A DNA stretch of 64,000 nucleotides from a virus: IMG/VR virus record IMGVR_UViG_3300001605_000008, positions 64,001-128,000 of that record; one strand, 5' to 3'. A model generated the notes under the pieces. It had not been told where the DNA came from and searched no databases. It was given only the letters and a program-made list of their open reading frames with translations. This document shows, in pieces, positions 57,001 to 64,000 of this stretch. The first letter of the stretch is position 1. Each line of letters starts with the position of its first letter. Made by a program: the position numbers and the translations under genes.

Positions 57001-57494
57001 CGGAATATTCGGCTCTCAATGATTACAAGATGATATCTGATAATGTTGTGTTGAACTCCGTGATATTCAAACCCCTGTTTGGTGCCAAGGCCGCACCTGA
57101 ACTTCGTGCCACAATCAAAGTCGTTAGAGAACCTCGGAGCACTGCATCGATCTCTGAGATCAAGAGTCAAGTTGTTGCCAGGATGAATGCTTACTTTACC
57201 ATAGACAAATGGGACTTTGGTGATAGTTTTTTCTTCTCAGAGCTGGCCGCATATCTGCATCAACAGCTGGGATCTATCATCAGTTCAGTGGTGATAGTGC
57301 CCTTGAATCCTTTGAAAACCTTTGGTGATTTGTATGAGATAAGATCCGCACCCAATGAGATCTTTGTAAATGCTGCCACGGTATCTGATATCGAAGTCAT
57401 AGAAGCACTGACACAAAGCAACATACGCAGCCAAACACCGGTGTCGGGCTTGTATCCCACACAAAATACTCTTAGCCAAACAGGTGAATACTAA
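54015..57494 (+). CDS. gp6: Baseplate wedge subunit gp6-like (expanded, 1159 aa)
   Basis: SYDFETLRKSF, FNDYIESSE, ENFLDTAERRDSV..LA, FGDG, ETLEEIKQRAP..Y.TQNRMVNGEDY. Confidence 0.85.
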   Translation: MPKTTRQTAIFGVEDWKRFYQTYREADFQSYDFETLRKSFVDYLRLYYPETFNDYIESSEFIALLDVMAFMGQALAFRNDLNARENFLDTAERRDSVVRLANLVSYTPKRNQPAQGYLKVFSVSTTENITDYNNINLSNVTVDWNDPTNPNWLEQFTQIINAALVDSQKFGRPGNRQDILGIETAEYSINLVPGFLPVIPYTANVDGVSMPFEATSATTMGRDYVYEPAPRPSGIFNILYRNDQLGFGSDNTGFFFLFKQGVLQNQDFNLAEAVPNRTVNINIEGCNQEDHWLYKLDDVGSISSEWEFVESIYAAAVEQLAPDQRKLYSITSRANDQITLTFGDGVFAETPVGFFRAYVRASNGLEYIINPEEMQAITLPISYVSRFGRIETITLTCGITEPVSNAQARETLEEIKQRAPARYYTQNRMVNGEDYNNFPFTRYNSIIKSKAVARSSVGTSRYIDLTDITGKYSSTNIFASDGVIYRENVLPSFEFDWINRNEIVDVLTNSVEPLLTSRAVIQFYYNNYPRPDLAINNLAWQQSTRLVNETTGFFYAGTAQSPQPIGIYSSNNARYITQGSLVKFEPPPGFFFDAQNRLIAGVPTRADEKLVIWATISAVVLDGTNQGLGNLPDGTGPVALNNFVPTGALATQVIPKFVTDFSAELERSIIEQIELFRNFGLGYDSTGSITGTPGTWYLITATNLPPITDEDFSLGNAGSTLGTNLDESWLIKFVTDGVGYVVTSRGLNYYFSSVIQTRFTFDGSEEVYDSRTGKVINDFIKVLKTNSRPDSSEPLPGDVVTDIIAQPVESDGYVNDYQVVISYTDSDADGVADDPDFFDQLVAPNINPSSKLVFFQQTTDFDDLERFLPVAAGVIVTLYATKDAIELVKSEYPSGQLFYATTEAKFYELTITTANGVINRVLTQRFDFISRVGRQELYFQYRHNSPLTNVIDPGVTNIIDIYVATQGYYTAYQNYIKDTTGTVPEPPVPTINQLTTEYSALNDYKMISDNVVLNSVIFKPLFGAKAAPELRATIKVVREPRSTASISEIKSQVVARMNAYFTIDKWDFGDSFFFSELAAYLHQQLGSIISSVVIVPLNPLKTFGDLYEIRSAPNEIFVNAATVSDIEVIEALTQSNIRSQTPVSGLYPTQNTLSQTGEY

Positions 57495-60400
57495 TGGTCA
57501 CACGTCGTCGTTCAGTTGATCTGCTGCCTGAGATTTTTCGCACAGAAACCAATCAGCAGTTCCTGGCAGCCACGCTGGATCAGCTCACACAAGAACCCAG
57601 CATAGTACGCACACAAGGATATGTGGGGCGGCGTGTGGGACCAGGTGTGAATCCTGCCGACAACTATGTGATCGAACCCACGGCCACTCGTGCAGATTAT
57701 CAGCTAGAACCCGGTGTGGTGTTTTTCAAACCCGATACCACCACGCCCGATGATGCCATCACTTATCCAGGCATGATCGATGCTTTGGATTTACAAGGTG
57801 CCGATACCACACGACAGGATCGGCTGTTCCAGAGCCAGTATTATGTCTGGGATCCGTTTTGCGATCTAGACAAGTTCACGAATTATAGCCAATACTATTG
57901 GCTGCCCCAAGGCCCTGACGCAGTAGATGTCAACGCCACTGATGTTCCTCTCACTGACAACTGGGTAGTAACACGTACCAACAACGGATATCAGCTGTCG
58001 GGCGAAGCCGGCAACAACCCCACCATCACCTTGGTTCGTGGTGGCAACTATACCTTCCAGATATCACAAGGTGGCGGCGCCAGATTCTGGATACAGACTG
58101 ATCCTGGAGTGGCAGGAAGAGTTCCAGGTACTCCCAACATCTCCAGCCGGGACGTGCAAGGTGTGATCAACAACGGGGTTGATGCTGGTACCGTGACTTT
58201 TAACGTACCTCTCAACACCGCCGATGACTTTTACTATTCATTAAACTCCATTGGTGTGATTCCAGGTCGAGCGCCCAATACCAGTGGCACAGTGGATCTT
58301 ATTACTGATCTCAAGTTCAATCAAATCAACAATATCTATGTTGATGAGTTCTTGCGTGCAAACCCCATGGGAATTGATGGCATCACCAACTTGGATGGCC
58401 GCGCGGTAGTTTTCACAAATCAGATACAAAATGCTCAAGATGGCGGATGGCAGGTACAATCTCAGTTTGATCCGTTGTTGCCTTTGCCACAGAACATCGG
58501 CCAGGAAGGCAGTTTTGACACAACACTTTACGACCAAACCACTGACATCGACGACGTTGATCAGAGATACGGAGTCTGGCAGATACGTTATGTCAATGAC
58601 GAATCCGGCAATCCGTTCATGCAGCTCAATCCAGTGCTGGGGATTCCTTTGCTCAACAAATGGCGTGTGCTGTTTGGCGCACAATGGAGCAACACACAAT
58701 GGTATCGAAATGCTTCGGGCTTTCCCGAAAAGATACCCTTGCTCACAGCCACCCTGGATACGCTGTGGTATCAGGACAGTGAAAATCCCGAATTGTTTGG
58801 ACGCATACGTCTAGTAGATACCTCGGGTCTGAATCCTGTCAATCTCGATGAAATAATTGGTGCCCGTAATTACACCAGCCCCAATGGTGTGGTGTTTACC
58901 AATGGACTCAAGGTACAATTCCGCGGCCTGACCGAACCTCCTGAATTCCAGAATCTGGAATACTATGTGGAAGGCGTAGGCACGGGATTGGGAATTGATG
59001 CTCGGATAGGATTCATTGATGGTGAGGCATATTTTGGTCCTTGGCACTTGTTCAACAATCAACGACTCACAGGTGCGGTACACAGCGAAGAAGTTTTCCA
59101 GGAATACATCTACGAAACCGTGGCCGAGAGCCTGGCCAATCCCGGTGCCGGATATCCCCAAGATGCACCACTTCCTGCTGAAGGTGTGCTGGGTGCTACC
59201 CTAGGCTCTGGCATACGGCTGGTACCGGTGCGCGAAATGGTCACTCCCGAGACCTACACACGCAGTCTATCAGAGCCATATGATGCATTTCCTTTTGATG
59301 TTGGCGGCTACGACGGTACATTAAATGCTCCGCTCACACCAGATTATATCACTATCAATCGTGCCAGCCGTGATCGCAATGCCTGGAGCCGCAGCAATCG
59401 TTGGTTCCATATTGATGTGATACAGTATGCTGCAGAACTCAACAACCAGATACCTGTGCTGGACAATCAACAACGCGGTAAACGGCCCATCATCGAGTTC
59501 CGGGCTGATCTGCGATTGTTTGATTTTGGCACACAAGGAAAGATACCGGTCAATATCATAGACTTTGCATCTACAGATGCACTCAGCAATATCAACGGGC
59601 AATTAGGTTATAGCACTGATGGATATACCTTGATCTCGGGAAGCCGGGTTGTATTCGCAGGAGATCTTGATCCAGAAGTGCGCAATCGCGTGTACCGAGT
59701 AGAGTTTATCGAACCCGATACCCTGGCACCGTTGATCGCTCAACCCATTATCAATCTCGTGCCAGAATTCAATGGCGAAGCCTTGATCGATCAGACCCTG
59801 GTCGCACTCAGTGGCAACACCCAGCAAGGCAAAAGCTATTGGTTTGATGGCAGTAACTGGCGTTTAGCTCAGCAAAAAATTGGGGTAAATCAGGCACCGT
59901 TGTTCGATGTCTACGACAGCAATGGTATCAGTCTCAGCAATCTTGCTGTTTATCCCAGCTCAACATTTGCTGGCAGTCGTTTGTTTGGATATGCCTTGGG
60001 CGGTACTGCCAGGAGTGATGATGTCTTGGGATTCGCTCTGAAATATCTCAACATTGAAAACGTAGGCGACATAGTTTTTGAAAATTATCTCTATACAGAC
60101 AAATTCCTCTATGTGCGTAACAGCGTGAGTTTTGAAGAAGATGTCAGCATAGGCTTTGCTCGACAGTATCTCGATCGCACAGATTTTTCCCAGATGATCG
60201 GTTGGCAGGATGCTGCTGCTGAAAATCGCAGTCGCCAGGTGTTTCGTTTTGTGTTTGATGGAGAACCCTTGGTGTTGGATGTGCCAGCAGATACCCGGTC
60301 TCCATATCCTCCGATACAGATATATCAAGGCACAGTGTTTATCAACCCAGATCAATACACCATCGAAGTTTCAGAAGACAACACTGTTATTACCCTGACA

Positions 60401-63400
60401 GATCCACCTGAGATCGGTACCATACTTGAAGTGCAGGTTCTGAGCAATCAAGCCAGTGCAGTGGCTTTCTATCAGGTTCCGTTGAATCTAGAAAACAATC
60501 CCTTGAACGAAAACAGCGATGCGTTTACCTTGGGAACTATACGCACTCACTATGAAAGCATAGGACAGAATTTAAAGAATATACAGGGTCCTGTTATCGG
60601 AGCCAACAACACCCGTGACCTGGGCGACATACTGAGATACGGCAACAACATCGTGCAGCACTCAGCCCCCTTGGCTCTGGCCGGACCATTCCTGAGACAG
60701 CGTCAATATCAGGTCATTGACGCCATACAGTTCAACAGCAGGGAATATGAAAAATACAAGGCCCTGCTGTTGGATCTAGCCGGCAAAGGGGATTTTGTTA
60801 ATTCCACACCAACCCAGATACTAGACACAGTGATGGCAGAGATATCGCTGGGCAAAAACAGCCAGAGTCCTTTTTACTGGGGAGACATGGCACCATCAGG
60901 GCAGAATTATGTTTCTACTCGGTACACAGTGTCATTGATCACTACCAACACTTTTGATACACAGCAGACCTATGATTACAACAGCAGCAACTTCCTAGGG
61001 CTGAACGTTTATATCAATGGTGTGATCCAAACACGCGGATATGATTATGTGGTAAATGACGATAGCCGTACAGTGACTTTCTTAAAGACGTTGGTCCTGG
61101 GTCAACAGATCGAATTCCGTGAGTTTGATCAGACCTACGGATCGTATGTACCCAATACTCCCAGCAAGATGGGACTCTATCCCAAGTTCCGCCCTGAAAT
61201 TTATCTAGATGAGACCTATGTCACTCCCACACCGGTGATCCGTGGTCATGATGGCAGCATCACAGTGGCATTTGGCGATGCACGAGATCAAGTGTTGTTG
61301 GAGTTTGAAACCAGGATATTCAACAACATCAAGATATCTACCCCGGTACCAATTTCGGCTGCAGAAGTTATTCCTGGACAGTTCCGCGAAACCAATTATA
61401 CTCTGGCAGAGATCAACAATATACTATCCACAGACTTCCTGAGTTGGATCGGATGGAACAAACTTGATTACACATCCCAGGTATATCTGCCCAATGATCC
61501 TTTTACCTACAACTACAGCCAGAGCTCTAACAAACTAGATCGTCAGCCTCTCTTGGGCGCTTGGCGCGGCATTTACAATTATTTCTACGATACTCTCACT
61601 CCCAACACAAGTCCTTGGGAAATGCTGGGATTCTCAGAAGAACCTGTGTGGTGGCAAGACTATTATGGTCCCGCACCTTATACATCAGGTAACTTGGTTC
61701 TTTGGGAAGATTTAGCCGAAGGTCGTGTGCGAGATCCCAACGGTGACTACTTTCTTCCAGAATATGCTAGGCCAGATCTCACAGCAGTGATTCCCGCAGG
61801 CACCGAGGGCGAGTTATTGCCGCCCATCGACAGCACTGTGGGCAATTTTGATGGAACCAGCTTCCGCAGATCCTGGGCATTTGGCGACAATGGTCCGGTA
61901 GAAAACGTGTGGCGTACATCATCAGCTTGGCCATTTGCTGTGATGAGATTACTGGCTCTGACCAAACCTGCTAAATTTTTCAGCTTGTTAGCTGATCGCG
62001 ATCGATATGTGTATGACCCAGCTCTAGCGCAGTATCTTTGGGACGGTAGATATCGACTGGATGCCAAACAGATTACTCCTATCTACGGTGACGGGGTCAG
62101 CAAAGCCAGCTATATCAACTGGATAATTGATTATAATCGACAGCTGGGAGTGAACAGCACTCAACGACTCACGGATACCTTGAGCAATATTGGCGTGCGT
62201 CTTTGCTGGCGCCTGGCAGGGTTTTCCGATAAAAAATATCTGAAGATCTATACTGAAAGATCTACCCCCAACAGTCTCAATGCAGGATTGCTATTGCCTG
62301 ATGAGAGCTATCAGTTGCTGTTGTACAAGAATCAGCCATTTGGCGAAGTAACTTACAGCTCGGTCATAGTACAACTCACCGATACCGGATGGCAAGTATT
62401 TGGATACAGCACAGAAACTCCTTATTTTAATGTCCTGACCAGCAGACCCAATGGCACCTCCATAGTGATTGATGCCGGTCAATCAGCCGGCAGCACACAG
62501 GTGCGTTTGTCTACAGAGCACAGTGATAATGTCACACTAAGTTCCCTATGGATACATATTCACCAATCGCACTGCGGTTTGTGACTTCCTGTACAGTTAT
62601 GGATTGTTGTTGACTCGCCAGGGATTTGTTTTTGAAAATCAAGAAAATGGATATATCTTGGATTGGCTGCAGATGTGCCAGGAGTTCTTGTACTGGAGCA
62701 ATCAAGGATGGGCGCCTGGTGCTATCATCAATCTCAATCCCGGCGCTACTAGAGTCTCGGTGTCAAGACCCGGTGCTGTGGCGGACAGTCTGGCTGATCC
62801 CCGTCCTAAAAATCTGATACTAAATCAGAATCGCCAGGTAATCGCGCCGGAACAATTGGTACTGGAAAGACTGGGCAATACTTTCCGTGCCACGAGCTTT
62901 AGTTCCAACACTATAAATTATCTCAATGTATCATTCACTGCCTACGAACACCTAGTGATCCTAGACAACGCCAGTATTTTCAATGACTTGATATATGATC
63001 CCATCACTGGTTCTCGCCAGAGTCGTATACTGGTATCCGGTGTGATATCCGGAGACTGGGACGGTACAGTCAATGCTCCTGGATTTGTTCTCAATCAAGA
63101 CAACATAGTGGAGTGGAGTCCGCGTCGTGGGTATGCCAAGGGCGAAATCGTGCTGTTTAAAAACGAATACTGGTCAGCCAGCACCATTATCCAGCCCAGC
63201 CAGGATTTCAATTACAATCTCTGGATCAAGAGCGACTACGACGACGTACAAAAAGGACTTTTGCCCAACGCGGCCAACGCCAGCGATGAACTCAGTCAGG
63301 CCTATTCGGTATACGGTGCATCTCTGCAAAACGAAACTGACTTGTTCAGTTACGGGCTCATTGGATTCCGTCCCAGAGATTACATGGAAGCACTCAATCT

Positions 63401-64000
63401 TGACGATGTCAGTCAGGTACAACTTTATCAGCAGTTCCTGGGCAGCAAAGGTACCATCCAGGCTGCTGAGATCTTTAGTTTCGCAGATCTCGGCAAAGAA
63501 ACTGCGCAGTATAATATCTATGAATACTGGGCACTGCTGCGCAGCAGTTACGGCGCCACAGCCAATCGAAATTATATTGAACTTCTGTTAGATGCTGCAA
63601 GACTGCGTAGCGATCCTTCCTTGGTGGAAGTGGTAGAACCCCAAGAGACCTCACAGTCAGACCAGCCAATACTATTGGAAAATATCTACAAGACCAGCCA
63701 ACCTCTGACATCTTCTGATATATTTCCCACGGTCATAGCACCAGTCAAAGATGCAGGGTTACCAACAGCAGGATATGTCAACCTGGAAGATGTTGATTTT
63801 ACAGTGTTTGATCTTGAAGATTTTTCATCTACTCAGAGTCAGTTCAACCAAACAGTAGCAGAAATTGGTGTGGGTAGCACGCTATGGGCAGCTAAAATCA
63901 ATGGTCATGACTGGGGGGTTTATCGTGTAGAAACTGTTCCAGGCGATATCATCTTGATATCAGATAATCTCGATGCTAGGGCTCTAGTAGAATTTACCGT
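57494..64000 (+). CDS. Very large baseplate wedge protein (gp7-like), partial; 1-nt insertion near 62540
   Basis: LLPEIFRT N-terminus; removing one A at 62539/62540 gives ..VTLVPYGYIFTNRTAVCDFLYSYG.. and a reading frame that continues coding-like towards the window end. Confidence 0.7.

Overview
The whole window is the morphogenesis region of a large T4-like (distant Tevenvirinae-type) myophage. It carries neck and tail-completion genes (gp13/14/15-like) and a fibre cluster that includes a 2719-aa repeat-built fibre with an S74 chaperone. The head module (gp23, gp22, gp21, gp20) is followed by a tape-measure-like protein, gp26/gp51-like chaperones, gp46/gp47, a gp55-like late sigma factor and a baseplate operon (tube-initiator-like, gp53, hub, gp5, gp25, gp6, gp7-like) that runs off the right end. 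Accessory genes include a NUDIX hydrolase, two Maf/DUF115-like paralogues, a TPR-glycosyltransferase, a GIY-YIG/NUMOD3 homing endonuclease, and a radical-SAM/SDR/methyltransferase/2OG-oxygenase cluster. Several essential genes are broken by single-base insertions, which are most likely sequencing errors. Best leads: (1) a ~490-nt hairpin-dense non-coding element at 35026-35517; (2) a candidate -1 programmed frameshift joining the gp26-like and gp51-like ORFs; (3) a possible phage-encoded fibre glycosylation system; (4) recurring leaderless promoters and a palindromic operator on the late-sigma promoter. All family assignments are from motif recognition by eye; no searches were run. No tRNA or CRISPR array was recognised.
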